A DNA stretch of 64,000 nucleotides from assembly GCA_945897725.1 (NCBI GenBank), contig CAMDFR010000002.1, positions 70,200-134,199 of the forward strand, given 5' to 3'. Below the pieces are notes generated by a model that was not told the DNA's origin, did no database searches, and saw nothing but the letters and a program-made list of their open reading frames with translations. Below are positions 28,423-38,989 of this stretch, in pieces (position 1 is the first letter of the stretch; each line of letters opens with the position of its first letter). The position numbers and the translations under genes were made by a program. Source of the DNA: Chitinophaga pinensis. Lineage in GTDB: Bacteria; Bacteroidota; Bacteroidia; Chitinophagales; CAMDFR01.

Positions 28423-28523
28423 AGCATTTCGTTCAATTGAATGTTCTCGAATGTATGGTCAGCCTGCTGGTCCGCATTTGCATTGCTGATCCCCTCCTAG
28501 AAAGTATTTGCAATGCTTCTTTA

Positions 28524-28620
28524 GCGCGAGGGAATGCAGCAAGTACCCCCGATTTTTCATCGGGGTACTGCGAAATGCCCGACCAAGGCTTTCTGTATTT
28601 TTAAAGCCTGGGACGCGCCC
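28524..28620 (-). ncRNA. Structured element copy 4 (Flavo-1-like), convergent to copy 3
   Basis: Reverse complement reads T6-GG-GCGCG-TCC-CAGGCTTT...AAAGCCTTG-GTC-GGG...GCAGTAC-CCCGAT...ATCGGG-G-GTAC...TGCATT-CCC-T-CGCGC. Confidence 0.62.
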
Positions 28621-28694
28621 AAAAAACATTTAAATACTATGAAAAGAAACATGTAGAATCATTAAATTAATTTTGGTTTTAAGTATAAATAGCG

Positions 28695-28749
28695 TACATT
28701 TGCATTGTAAACGAAAAAAAGAAAGAGGGGACTATTAGTCCCCTCTTTT
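28695..28749 (+). promoter_or_regulatory. rimP promoter (-7 TACATTTG) and rimP leader hairpin
   Basis: TACATTTG at 28695; hairpin AAAGAGGGGACTA-T-TAGTCCCCTCTTT at 28722-28748, just upstream of rimP. Confidence 0.7.
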
Positions 28750-28763
28750 GTTTCTAAATTGAA

Positions 28764-29261
28764 ATGAAGGACGCAGTAGAAAAAATAAGAGAGATACTTT
28801 TACCGAAAATAGCCGAAGAAAATTTGTATTTGGTAGACGTGAAAGTATTGCAGGGCAAGAGAATACAAGTTTTTGTAGATGGCTTTGAAAACATAACCAT
28901 CAATCAATGTACCATCTTGAGTAGATACTTGGAAGAGTTTTTGGACAAGGGTGGCATTGTGCCTTTGGATTATGGATTAGAACTATCGAGTCCAGGCATG
29001 ACCAATCCATTGAAAGTGCCTCAACAGTACAAAAAGAGAATTGGGAGTACATTGGATATTGTGAAAACGAGTGGGGAAAAGATCTCTGGCCGTTTGATTT
29101 ATAGCGACGACGAGAAAGTGGTATTAGAACAAATATTGAAAGAAGTAAAAAAGAAGAAGAAAAAAGCAGGTGAGCCAGCAGACGAAGAAGTGCTTCCAAA
29201 GCAATATGAGCTGACTTATGCCCAGATAAAAAGTGCATTGATACAATTTAATTTTAAATAA
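28764..29261 (+). CDS. rimP: Ribosome maturation factor RimP
   Basis: YLVDV, ITINQCTILSR and LELSSPGMTNPLK; first gene before nusA-infB. Confidence 0.92.
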   Translation: MKDAVEKIREILLPKIAEENLYLVDVKVLQGKRIQVFVDGFENITINQCTILSRYLEEFLDKGGIVPLDYGLELSSPGMTNPLKVPQQYKKRIGSTLDIVKTSGEKISGRLIYSDDEKVVLEQILKEVKKKKKKAGEPADEEVLPKQYELTYAQIKSALIQFNFK

Positions 29262-29301
29262 AAAAATTTTTAGGAATCAAAAAAACAAAAACTAAAAAAT
29301 C

Positions 29302-30546
29302 ATGAATAGTATAGAGTTGATAGACTCATTTGCCGAGTTTAAAGAATTTAAGAACATTGACAGACCTACAATGATGAAGGTTTTAGAAGATGTATTTAGA
29401 ACCTTATTGAAAAAGAAATATGGTAGTACAGATAATTTTGATATTATCGTGAATACTGACAAAGGTGATCTTGAAATTTGGCATAGAAGAACCATCATGG
29501 AAGATGGTTTTGTAGAGGATGATGTGGCCGAAGTTGATTTAGCAGTGGCGCAAAAAATTGATCCTGAATATCAAATCGGTGATGAATTATATGAAGAAAT
29601 TACTTTAGCAAGTTTCGGTCGTCGTTCGGTATTGGCAGCTCGTCAAACATTGGCGTCGCGGGTATTAGAGCTCGAGAAAGACGAAGTATATAAAAAGTAT
29701 AAAGACAGAGTAGGTGAAATTATTTCTGGTGAAGTATATCAGGTTTGGAAAAAAGAAATCTTGATTTTGGACGACGAAGGCAATGAATTATTGTTGCCTA
29801 AGAGCGAGCAAATTCGTGCAGATTTCTATCAAAAAGGCGATACTTTGCGTGCGGTGATTAAGCGTGTAGATATGCACAACAACAATCCTAAGATTATCTT
29901 GTCTAGAACGGACAGTGCTTTCTTAGCAAAGTTATTAGAGATGGAAGTGCCTGAGATTTTTGATGGTTTGATTACCTTGAAAAAAATTGTTCGTGAGCCA
30001 GGTGAAAAAGCGAAAGTAGCTGTAGAATCTTTTGATGATAGAATTGATCCAGTAGGTGCTTGTGTGGGGATGAAAGGTTCTAGAATCCATGCGATTGTTC
30101 GTGAATTAAAAAATGAAAATATCGATATTGTTAATTATACAAGCAATTTGAACTTGATGATTCAACGTGCCTTGGCACCAGCGAAAATCGATTCGTTGAG
30201 TATTGACGAGGAGAATAAGAAGGTAGCTGTCTACTTAAAGCCAGATCAGATTTCCTTAGCTATTGGTAAAAAAGGTTTAAACATAAAGCTTGCAAGCCGT
30301 TTGGTGGATTATGAAATAGACGTGTTTAGAGATGCTGAAGAAGTAGAAGATGACTTTGATATTGATTTGGAAGAATTTTCAGATGAGATTGATGCTTGGG
30401 TAATTGATATTTTGAAGGGAATAGGTTGCGATACTGCGAGAAGCGTGTTAGATTTGGATCCCGAAGAATTAGCTAGAAGAGCAGATTTGGAAGATGAAAC
30501 GGTACAACATGTAATTAGTGTTTTAAAAGCTGAGTTTGAAGACTAA
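29302..30546 (+). CDS. nusA: Transcription termination factor NusA
   Basis: S1/KH domains, REPGEKAKVAV...DPVGACVGMKGSRI and LAIGKKGLNIKLA. Confidence 0.97.
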   Translation: MNSIELIDSFAEFKEFKNIDRPTMMKVLEDVFRTLLKKKYGSTDNFDIIVNTDKGDLEIWHRRTIMEDGFVEDDVAEVDLAVAQKIDPEYQIGDELYEEITLASFGRRSVLAARQTLASRVLELEKDEVYKKYKDRVGEIISGEVYQVWKKEILILDDEGNELLLPKSEQIRADFYQKGDTLRAVIKRVDMHNNNPKIILSRTDSAFLAKLLEMEVPEIFDGLITLKKIVREPGEKAKVAVESFDDRIDPVGACVGMKGSRIHAIVRELKNENIDIVNYTSNLNLMIQRALAPAKIDSLSIDEENKKVAVYLKPDQISLAIGKKGLNIKLASRLVDYEIDVFRDAEEVEDDFDIDLEEFSDEIDAWVIDILKGIGCDTARSVLDLDPEELARRADLEDETVQHVISVLKAEFED

Positions 30547-30623
30547 AATGTTGCGTATGAAATAATAATAAAAAATGTTTTCGCAGGTGCGGAAACCAAA
30601 AAAAGATAATTTAAAAAAGATAT

Positions 30624-33542
30624 ATGTCTGAAGAAGCAAAACCAATGCAACTCCCCAAAGCCGCCTCCATGTGCAATGTAAGCGCCGCTACACTCGTGGC
30701 CGAATTGCAGAAAAAGGGCTTTACGGTAGAAAATAAACCGACCACTAAACTGTCTCCGGATATGGTTGCCGTATTGATGAAAGAGTTTAATGTGGATATG
30801 GGTCACAAGGGCGAAGCTGCACAGGTAGAATTGGGCATCAACAAGAAACGTGAGAATATTGAAATAGATAATTCATCGATTTTTACAGATAAGAAAGCCA
30901 AAGAAAAGGAAAGTGATGAGATAAGAATTAAAACAACCTTGTTGCCTACTGTCGAAAAGGAAAAGAAGATAGAGTTAGAAAAGAAACCAGAGGTAGTTAT
31001 TGAGACGAACTCGGTGAAATTGGAAGGTCCAAAAATTATTGGGAATATTGATTTAGGGAAGAAAGAAAAGCCAGCAGAAAAGAAAAAAACGGCTGTTGCT
31101 AAAGAAGAAACACTTTCAACAGTAGAGCCCACGTCAGAAGAACAAAAGACAGATGAAGGCAAGGCAAAAAAGGTAAAAGCAAAAAAAGAGGAGGATTCTA
31201 AGGTAGAAGAACCGACAAAGTTAGAGGAAAAGTCTACTGAAATTGAAGTTGTAGCAGACGAGAAAGATCTGAACAATATTGAAACTAAATATGAAAAGCT
31301 TGATGGAATAAAGCTTTTAGGAAAAATAGATTTAGAATCTACGCGCCCTAAACGCGATGATAGCAAAGGCAAGCCTGGAGGAAAACCTGGTGAGAGTGCT
31401 TCAGATGCAGATAAAAAGCCTAGAAAGCGAATTTTTAAAACAGAGAACCCTTCACAAGCAGGCAAAGCCCAACCGGCACAGCATGATAGTACAAGACAAA
31501 ACAGAGCGCCAGGCACTCAAGGTGGAGGCTTCAATAGACCAGGCGGTGGAGGTGGCTATAATAGACCGGCAGGTCCAGGTGGATTTAACCGCGCTCCTTT
31601 TGATAAAAACAAAGGCAAAAAACCAGATAATGTAGACCAAGCAGTTTCCGAAAAGGAAATTGAAGATAAGATCAAGGAGACGATGGCGAGATTGGCCAAT
31701 GCAACTGGGAAGAGTAACCGTTCTAAGATGAAGAAAGGCAAGCGTATTGCTGCCGCTGAAGAGAATCAAAGAGAACAAGATGCAGTTCAAGATAACTTAT
31801 TGGAATTGACAGAGTTTGTTTCCGTAAGTGAGTTGGCAAGTTTTATGGATGTTTCTGCTTCTGAGGTTATTAAAACCTGTATGAATTTGGGTGTTATTGT
31901 TTCAATCAACCAAAGACTTGATGCAGAAATCATCGAATTGGTGGCAAACGAATTTAAGTTCGAAGTGAAATTTATTTCGGCTGCTGATGAAGAATTTATT
32001 GAAGAAGAAGAGGAAAACCCTGAAGATTTATTAGAGCGAGCACCTATTGTAACCATTATGGGTCACGTCGATCATGGTAAGACCTCTTTGCTAGATTATA
32101 TTCGTAAGGCAAATGTGGTAGCGAAAGAGTCGGGTGGTATCACACAACATATTGGTGCCTATGACGTAACAACTCCAAGTGGAAAGAAAATCTCCTTCTT
32201 AGATACACCAGGTCACGAGGCCTTCACAGCCATGCGAGCGAGAGGAGCGAAACTAACAGATATTGCCATCATTGTAATTGCAGCGGATGATCAGATCATG
32301 CCTCAAACAAAAGAGGCGATTAGTCATGCTCAATCGGCAAGTGTTCCTATGATTTTTGCATTCAATAAAATGGACAAGCCTGGGGCAAACGCTGACAGAA
32401 TTAGGGAGCAATTGAGCACTATGAATATTTTGGTAGAAGAATGGGGTGGTAAGTTTCAAACCGCTGAAATATCTGCAAAAATGGGTACGAATGTACAATT
32501 ACTTCTAGATAAAATCTTGCTCGAAGCAGAGTTAATGGAACTAAAAGCCAATCCAGATAAATTAGCTATTGGTAGTGTCATAGAAGCCTCTTTGGATAAA
32601 GGTCGTGGATATATGGCTACCATTCTAGTACAGTCGGGTACTTTAAACATCGGCGACATGATGGTTTGTGGTCCTTATTTTGGTAAGGTGAAAGCAATGA
32701 CGGACCATACTGGTAAGAAAATGAAAAATGCAGGACCTTCTGTACCAGTGCAAATACTTGGTCTGAATGGAGCACCACAGGCAGGTGAAAAATTTAGAGT
32801 ATTTGATGATGAGCAAGAAGCAAAATCAACAGCAACAAGACGTGCACAGATTGATAGAGAAACGGGTATGAGAACCAAAAAACATATCACTTTGGATGAA
32901 ATTGGCCGTCGTTTGGCATTAGGTAACTTTAAGGAATTGAATATCATTATCAAGGGCGACGTGGATGGTTCTATAGAGGCTTTGACAGATTCTTTGTTGA
33001 AATTGTCTACTGAAGAAGTACAAGTAAATGTATTACACAAGGCGGTTGGTCCTATTAATGAAACCGATATTTTGTTGGCATCGGCATCTGACGCGATTGT
33101 GATTGGATTCCAAGTAAGACCTTCAACGCAAGCACGAAAAATTGCAGAAAATGAGGGAGTAGAAATCAGAACATACTCTATTATTTACAATGCTATTGAA
33201 GATGTGAAATCTGCTATGGAAGGACTTCTAGAGCCTAAAATGGAAGAGAAGGTGATTGCAAATATTGAAATTCGTGAGGTCTTCAATATTACCAAAGTAG
33301 GTACCATTGCAGGATGTTATGTGTTAGATGGTAAGGTGACAAGAAGTGCTAAAATCAGACTAGTAAGAGATGGAATCGTTCAGTATACAGGAGAATTGGC
33401 TTCCTTAAAAAGATTTAAAGACGATGTGAAAGATGTTGCTGCAGGATATGAATGTGGATTAAACATCAAAAATTATAATGACCTCCGAGTGGGAGATGTT
33501 GTGGAGGCATTCGAAGAAATAGAGGTGCAAAGAAAATTGTAA
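30624..33542 (+). CDS. infB: Translation initiation factor IF-2
   Basis: [35 protein letters not shown] and [10 protein letters not shown]. Confidence 0.98.
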   Translation: MSEEAKPMQLPKAASMCNVSAATLVAELQKKGFTVENKPTTKLSPDMVAVLMKEFNVDMGHKGEAAQVELGINKKRENIEIDNSSIFTDKKAKEKESDEIRIKTTLLPTVEKEKKIELEKKPEVVIETNSVKLEGPKIIGNIDLGKKEKPAEKKKTAVAKEETLSTVEPTSEEQKTDEGKAKKVKAKKEEDSKVEEPTKLEEKSTEIEVVADEKDLNNIETKYEKLDGIKLLGKIDLESTRPKRDDSKGKPGGKPGESASDADKKPRKRIFKTENPSQAGKAQPAQHDSTRQNRAPGTQGGGFNRPGGGGGYNRPAGPGGFNRAPFDKNKGKKPDNVDQAVSEKEIEDKIKETMARLANATGKSNRSKMKKGKRIAAAEENQREQDAVQDNLLELTEFVSVSELASFMDVSASEVIKTCMNLGVIVSINQRLDAEIIELVANEFKFEVKFISAADEEFIEEEEENPEDLLERAPIVTIMGHVDHGKTSLLDYIRKANVVAKESGGITQHIGAYDVTTPSGKKISFLDTPGHEAFTAMRARGAKLTDIAIIVIAADDQIMPQTKEAISHAQSASVPMIFAFNKMDKPGANADRIREQLSTMNILVEEWGGKFQTAEISAKMGTNVQLLLDKILLEAELMELKANPDKLAIGSVIEASLDKGRGYMATILVQSGTLNIGDMMVCGPYFGKVKAMTDHTGKKMKNAGPSVPVQILGLNGAPQAGEKFRVFDDEQEAKSTATRRAQIDRETGMRTKKHITLDEIGRRLALGNFKELNIIIKGDVDGSIEALTDSLLKLSTEEVQVNVLHKAVGPINETDILLASASDAIVIGFQVRPSTQARKIAENEGVEIRTYSIIYNAIEDVKSAMEGLLEPKMEEKVIANIEIREVFNITKVGTIAGCYVLDGKVTRSAKIRLVRDGIVQYTGELASLKRFKDDVKDVAAGYECGLNIKNYNDLRVGDVVEAFEEIEVQRKL

Positions 33543-33562
33543 TCCAAAGAATAGGTCATCAG

Positions 33563-33594
33563 AAAATGTCAGCTCCACAAGGCTGACATTTTTT
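33563..33594 (+). terminator. Rho-independent terminator after infB
   Basis: AAAATGTCAGC...GCTGACATTTTTT. Confidence 0.8.
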
Positions 33595-33615
33595 ATAAAA
33601 AAAGAGGTTTGCTCC

Positions 33616-35277
33616 TTGAGAAATTCAATAGCTATTAAGTATTTTACATTGCTCGTACATCTTGTAGTCCTTGGACTTATAGTTGGTGGATGCGCTAATA
33701 TCGTGCCTCCTTCAGGCGGTCCAAGAGACGTGCAAAAGCCACAAATAAAAGAGGTGGAGCCAGCTAATTACAGTTTGCATTTTGAGGCTAAAAAAGTAAC
33801 GATTACTTTCAACGAGTTTTTTAATCTAGATAATCCAGCGCAACAAATCATTGTTTCTCCACCAATGGAAAAGCAGCCAGACTATGTGATAAGCGGTAAA
33901 AAGCTAGTGCTTAAATTTAGGGGCAGTTTCCAAGCAAATACAACCTATAACATAGATTTCGGAAACGCATTGAAGGATTATAGCGAAGGGAATATTCAAG
34001 ATAGTTTTAAATATGTTTTTAGCACAGGTGACTTTATAGATAGTGCATCCATCGGTGGAAGACTAATTCAGGCTAGTGATAATCTTGCAGCGGAGGATTA
34101 CAGTGTGATGTTATACACAGATTTAAGCGATAGTATCGTCTTTAAGAGCAAACCCTTGTATGTAGCGAGAACTAATAAGGAAGGACTTTTTAAAATAGAA
34201 AATATCAAACCAGGGACCTATAAACTTGTTGCTTTGAAAGATCAAGATTATGATTATCTATATGACGCGGAAGTAGAACAGATAGCTTTTTCCGACTCTT
34301 TTATCAATATGTATGATAGCACAAAAACAACGAATTTCTTGCTGCGTGGTTTTGTTGAAGAGCCAAGTAAAACAATGCTTTTAGACGTAGCCAACCCACA
34401 ATTAGGATTGATTAAATTTATATACAACCGTCCAATACAGAATATAAAGTTTGACGCAGATATCTATAACAAGAATGATATTGCTATTGTTAATGAGACA
34501 AAAGACACCATTAGTTATTACTATGCCGACTATACTAAGAATAACACGGTCTTTACCATCACCACCAATGGGAACATCAATGATACGGTATCCAAAGAAT
34601 TATTCTTTATCAAAGAAAACGAGTTAAAAGATAATGCCATTAGTCCGCTAAACGCGTCCAATATTTTGGCAAAAATGAAGGAAAAGCAGGATTTGTCACA
34701 CGACATCTTTAAGCCTTATGTGTTGACCTTAACAAGACCTTTTAAAGTTGTTGATTTAGCAAGGATAAGATTGCTTGAAGATACTGCCTTAAAAGAGGTT
34801 AAGGCTACTATTTTGCAAAACAAAAAAGATGTGCGACAACTTGAACTTACATATGATTGGCAAGCGGGCACGAACTATCAAATTGAGGTTAAAAAGGGAG
34901 CGTTGTTAGATGTTTTTGGACAAGAAAACGAAACGTTTTTACAATCATTTATGACCATGTCCAAGCAAAATTATGGTAATATTATTATTCACAATAAATT
35001 GACAAGAGATAATTTTTTCCTACTTCAAATATTGAATGAAAAAGGACAAAAGATTTATCAGAAAAACATATCGTTGAATGATTTGGATAAGACAATCACG
35101 GTGCCTAATCTTCCAAGTGGCTATTATAAAATTCTTGTTGTTGAAGATTTGAATCAAAACGGGCGTTGGGATACCGGAAACTACCTTTTACATAGGCAAG
35201 CAGAAAAGATTTACACCTTTGGAGACAAAGTTTTTTTGAAACCCGGATGGGATGCCGATATAGATGTGAGTCTTTAA
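33616..35277 (+). CDS. Ig-like (Big_5) domain lipoprotein
   Basis: Lipobox GGC, then ANIVPPSGGPRD, FNEF, TYNIDFG, YVFSTG and DLNQNGRWDTG; conserved Bacteroidota family. TTG start. Confidence 0.8.
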   Translation: MRNSIAIKYFTLLVHLVVLGLIVGGCANIVPPSGGPRDVQKPQIKEVEPANYSLHFEAKKVTITFNEFFNLDNPAQQIIVSPPMEKQPDYVISGKKLVLKFRGSFQANTTYNIDFGNALKDYSEGNIQDSFKYVFSTGDFIDSASIGGRLIQASDNLAAEDYSVMLYTDLSDSIVFKSKPLYVARTNKEGLFKIENIKPGTYKLVALKDQDYDYLYDAEVEQIAFSDSFINMYDSTKTTNFLLRGFVEEPSKTMLLDVANPQLGLIKFIYNRPIQNIKFDADIYNKNDIAIVNETKDTISYYYADYTKNNTVFTITTNGNINDTVSKELFFIKENELKDNAISPLNASNILAKMKEKQDLSHDIFKPYVLTLTRPFKVVDLARIRLLEDTALKEVKATILQNKKDVRQLELTYDWQAGTNYQIEVKKGALLDVFGQENETFLQSFMTMSKQNYGNIIIHNKLTRDNFFLLQILNEKGQKIYQKNISLNDLDKTITVPNLPSGYYKILVVEDLNQNGRWDTGNYLLHRQAEKIYTFGDKVFLKPGWDADIDVSL

Positions 35278-35333
35278 CCTTCGTGCACTCTGTAAGAATC
35301 CAATCATTATTTCTAACAAATTAAATAAGAGAA

Positions 35334-35849
35334 ATGCCACCTTTAGTTTTAACAGTACAAAACAAAAAACCTCAATTCGGAACGAATATTTTTTTAGCTG
35401 AAAATGCTACTGTGATTGGGGATGTATTGATGGGAGATGATTGTAGTGTGTGGTTTCAGGCAGTAGTTAGAGGTGATGTTAATTCAATTAAAATAGGCAA
35501 TAAAGTAAATATACAAGATGGGGCTATTTTGCATTGTACCTATCAAAAAGCAGCCTTGCAAATTGGTAATAATGTTTCTATTGGGCATCGTGCGTTGGTG
35601 CATGGGTGTACGATAGAGGATGATGTGCTCATAGGAATGGGTGCCATTGTGATGGATCACGCATTGGTAAAAAAGAATGTAATCATAGCTGCAGGAGCCA
35701 TTGTTTTGGAGCATACGGTATGTGAGGAGAATTCAGTTTATGCGGGCATTCCAGCAAGAAAAGTAAAGGAATTGAATCCTGGGCTTTTTAAAGATCAAAT
35801 TGAAAGAATAGCGAATAATTATGTCATGTATTCCGATTGGTTTAAGTAG
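35334..35849 (+). CDS. Gamma carbonic anhydrase family hexapeptide-repeat protein
   Basis: VVRGDVNSIKIG, NIQDGAILH and IGHRALVHGC. Confidence 0.92.
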   Translation: MPPLVLTVQNKKPQFGTNIFLAENATVIGDVLMGDDCSVWFQAVVRGDVNSIKIGNKVNIQDGAILHCTYQKAALQIGNNVSIGHRALVHGCTIEDDVLIGMGAIVMDHALVKKNVIIAAGAIVLEHTVCEENSVYAGIPARKVKELNPGLFKDQIERIANNYVMYSDWFK

Positions 35850-35940
35850 CAATATTGAAATTATATCGAAAGAGAAAAGTCTTTTGATGATTTTAATTAC
35901 TTTTGAAATGCAATAATTGGCAAATAAAATCAGAAAAATA

Positions 35941-36468
35941 ATGGTTGAAGAAAGAGTAGTACTCGTAAATAATGATGGTGAAGAGATTGGCACGATGGGC
36001 AAACAAGAGGCCCATGAAAAAGGCTTATTGCACAAAGCAATCAGCATCATTATTTATAATTCGGATGGTGAAATGCTTATTCAGCAAAGAGCACACAGTA
36101 AATATCATTGGGCCGGCATTTGGAGTAATAGTTGTTGTTCTCACCCACGCGAAAACGAGAGTTTTGCGGCCGCGGCGCATAGACGATTGTTTGAGGAGCT
36201 CGGATTTCAAACAGATTTAACCGAAGAGTTTGATTTTATTTACAAGGCTTTTGACGAACCAAGTGGATTAACTGAGCATGAGTTTGATACTGTTTTTACA
36301 GGTGTATATGATGGCGAAATGAATCTAAATCCTGATGAAGTGGAAGCTGTAGAATGGATACGGCCCCTTGCGTTAATGGAGGATGTACGACAATATCCAG
36401 AAAAATATTCATTTTGGTTCAAAATAATTTTGGAGGAATTGATAAAAAATGGCAAGCTTTCAATGTAA
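35941..36468 (+). CDS. idi: Isopentenyl-diphosphate delta-isomerase, type 1
   Basis: AHEKGLLHKAIS, WSNSCCSHP, RRLFEELG and EHEFD. ATG at 35941 preferred over TTG at 35917. Confidence 0.95.
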   Translation: MVEERVVLVNNDGEEIGTMGKQEAHEKGLLHKAISIIIYNSDGEMLIQQRAHSKYHWAGIWSNSCCSHPRENESFAAAAHRRLFEELGFQTDLTEEFDFIYKAFDEPSGLTEHEFDTVFTGVYDGEMNLNPDEVEAVEWIRPLALMEDVRQYPEKYSFWFKIILEELIKNGKLSM

Positions 36469-36592
36469 ATTATAGATCATAAATAAATAAAAATAGTTTA
36501 AGAAAAATACTTTGTAATCATTGATTTATCGTTACTTTGCATAAGGTTTTTAAAATTTACAATTTACAACGACAAGAATCACCAAAATATCC

Positions 36593-37615
36593 ATGGGATT
36601 ATTCAATTTTTTAACGCATGAAATAGCCATAGACCTAGGTACGGCAAACATTTTGATTGTGCACAATGATAAGGTAGTGGTTGATGAACCATCCATTGTA
36701 GCTATTGATAGACGGACCGATAAAGTTATCGCCGTTGGTAAAAGAGCGATGATGATGCATGAGAAAACGCATTCTAACATTAAAACCATTAGACCATTGA
36801 AAGATGGTGTCATAGCTGATTTTAATGCTGCGGAAAGCATGATACGTGAGATGATTAAATTGATCCACGGTAATAAAAAGTTTCTTTTCCCACCTTCCTA
36901 TAAAATGGTTATTTGTATCCCATCTGGTATTACGGAAGTTGAAAAAAGAGCCGTAAGAGATAGTGCTGAACAAGCCGGAGCCAAGGAGGTAAAGCTTATT
37001 CATGAGCCAATGGCTGCTGCGATAGGTATCGGTATTGACGTTGAGGAGCCTCAAGGAAATATGATTATTGATATTGGAGGCGGTACAACTGAGATAGCTG
37101 TAATTGCATTGTCAGGCATTGTTTGTGATCAATCCATCCGAGTAGCGGGAGATGAATTTACACTCGATATTGTGGATTATATGAGACGTCAACATAATAT
37201 GCTCATAGGTGAGCGTTCTGCCGAAAACATTAAAATTCAAATCGGTTCAGCTTTGCCAGAGTTAGATAACCCTCCAGCTGATTATCCTGTAAATGGAAGA
37301 GATTTGATGACAGGTATTCCTAAGCAAATTGTGGTGTCCTATTCTGAAATTGCCCACGCCATTGATAAATCAATCTCTAAAATTGAAGAAGCTATCTTGA
37401 AAGCATTGGAAACAACGCCTCCTGAATTGGCTGCAGATATTTATAGAACGGGATTGTACTTAACAGGTGGTGGTGCCTTGCTGCATGGTTTAGACAAACG
37501 TATTAGTCAGAAAACAAAATTGCCAGTATTCGTTGCCGAAGATCCTTTGCGCGCTGTTGCAAGAGGCACAGGTATTGCACTGAAAAATATGGATAAGTTC
37601 ACATTCTTAATGTAA
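36593..37615 (+). CDS. mreB: Rod shape-determining protein MreB
   Basis: IDLGTAN, RPLKDGVIADF, DIGGGTTE and LTGGGALL. Confidence 0.97.
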   Translation: MGLFNFLTHEIAIDLGTANILIVHNDKVVVDEPSIVAIDRRTDKVIAVGKRAMMMHEKTHSNIKTIRPLKDGVIADFNAAESMIREMIKLIHGNKKFLFPPSYKMVICIPSGITEVEKRAVRDSAEQAGAKEVKLIHEPMAAAIGIGIDVEEPQGNMIIDIGGGTTEIAVIALSGIVCDQSIRVAGDEFTLDIVDYMRRQHNMLIGERSAENIKIQIGSALPELDNPPADYPVNGRDLMTGIPKQIVVSYSEIAHAIDKSISKIEEAILKALETTPPELAADIYRTGLYLTGGGALLHGLDKRISQKTKLPVFVAEDPLRAVARGTGIALKNMDKFTFLM

Positions 37616-37636
37616 CCTCAGAACTATAATACATCA

Positions 37637-38485
37637 ATGCGTTATCTATTTAGATTTTTATCTAATAACTACTTTTTATTTTTATTTATTTTTTTTGAAA
37701 TTATCTGTATGTATTTAGTGTCTAACAACAATAGATACTACAATAGTAGTTTTGTAAATACCAGTAACGAGGTAACCTCAAGCATTTATCAATCCGAAAA
37801 TAACATCCTCAAGTTTTTCTCTTTGGGCAGGGTGAATGATAGTTTGATCATTGAAAATGTAAAACTACAACAACTCCTTTCTAGAAATTATGTTTCCAAT
37901 GCAGTTACAATTGACTCTCTTCAAGATACTTCTGATGCCGAATTAGAGCAAGTCTATTCGTTGATGCATGCACAAGTAATCAATAACACGACAGATAAGT
38001 CCAAAAATTTTATTTATCTAGATAAAGGGAGCAAAGATGGCATTGCAAAAAACATGGGTGTGTATAATGACAAGGGGATCGTTGGTATTACCATCGGTGT
38101 TTCAAAAAATTACTCTGTGGTGATGTCTGTTTTGAATACAGACTCAAGGGTTGGTGTAAAACTTACAAAAGATAATTATTTTGGTAATTTGACTTGGGAC
38201 ACTAAAAGTAGTAAATATGCCACTCTTAGCCAGATTCCAAACCACGTTAAAGTTGCCAAACACGACACAGTAATGACGAGTGGATATTCCTCCTTTTTTC
38301 CTGCAGGAATCATGGTAGGAACGGTAGAGTCTTGGCAGGAGATTACAGGTTCTAATTTACTAGAGCTAAAAATAAAATTATCGACAGACTTCCATAATTT
38401 GAATTATCTCTATATTGTTAATCATATGCGAAAGAATGAACTTAATGCATTGGAAAAATTAGTTGATGAACCGGCAGAACATTAA
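37637..38485 (+). CDS. mreC: Rod shape-determining protein MreC
   Basis: N-terminal TM, coiled coil, DKGSKDGI and TSGYSSFFPAGIMVG; operon position. Confidence 0.93.
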   Translation: MRYLFRFLSNNYFLFLFIFFEIICMYLVSNNNRYYNSSFVNTSNEVTSSIYQSENNILKFFSLGRVNDSLIIENVKLQQLLSRNYVSNAVTIDSLQDTSDAELEQVYSLMHAQVINNTTDKSKNFIYLDKGSKDGIAKNMGVYNDKGIVGITIGVSKNYSVVMSVLNTDSRVGVKLTKDNYFGNLTWDTKSSKYATLSQIPNHVKVAKHDTVMTSGYSSFFPAGIMVGTVESWQEITGSNLLELKIKLSTDFHNLNYLYIVNHMRKNELNALEKLVDEPAEH

Positions 38486-38987
38486 ATATATTGGACATTG
38501 CATCCTAATCATCTTGGTTCAGGTATTGATATTAAACCACATCAATATCAATGGAATGATTAATCCCTATATCTATCCTTTGCTCATTATTCTTTTGCCT
38601 ATAACCGTACGTCCCTATAATCTATTGATCATTGCTTTTTCTGTAGGTTTTGTCATAGATGTTTTTCGTGACACTCTTGGTATGCACACTTCAGCTTTAG
38701 TGTTGGTGGCTTTTTTGCGTCCATTGCTTTTTAAACTACTCAATCCCAAAGAGCAGGAAACAAATGATTTAATGGACATGTATTATCATGGGGTTACTTG
38801 GTTTGTAGTATACGTTTCAATCGTTGTTTTTATACACCATTCCGTATTCTTCCTAGTTGAAAAAGGAAATTTTGTTTCCTATCATTATACGTTCTTTAAA
38901 ACAATTATCAGTAGTATGTTTTCGGTGCTTTTTATGATGATGTATTTGCTGTTTTCATCTAACAAGTCAGCAGCTAAATATAACTAA
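38466..38987 (+). CDS. mreD: Rod shape-determining protein MreD
   Basis: Multi-TM with NPYIYPL and DVFRDTLGMH; lies between mreC and mrdA. Confidence 0.88.
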   Translation: MNRQNIKYIGHCILIILVQVLILNHININGMINPYIYPLLIILLPITVRPYNLLIIAFSVGFVIDVFRDTLGMHTSALVLVAFLRPLLFKLLNPKEQETNDLMDMYYHGVTWFVVYVSIVVFIHHSVFFLVEKGNFVSYHYTFFKTIISSMFSVLFMMMYLLFSSNKSAAKYN

Positions 38988-38989
38988 AC

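Noticed and set aside
28245-28604. 119-aa ORF on the + strand
   Set aside because: It overlaps a terminator and both structured elements, and its composition is not protein-like.
30803-31516. 237-aa antisense ORF within infB, and similar antisense ORFs within psd, mreB, bamA, sprA and the Thr-rich gene
   Set aside because: These are shadow ORFs produced by the codon bias of the real genes on the opposite strand.
31520-31600. GGFNRP-type repeats in IF-2
   Set aside because: Low-complexity Gly/Arg repeats are common in the variable IF-2 N-terminal region.
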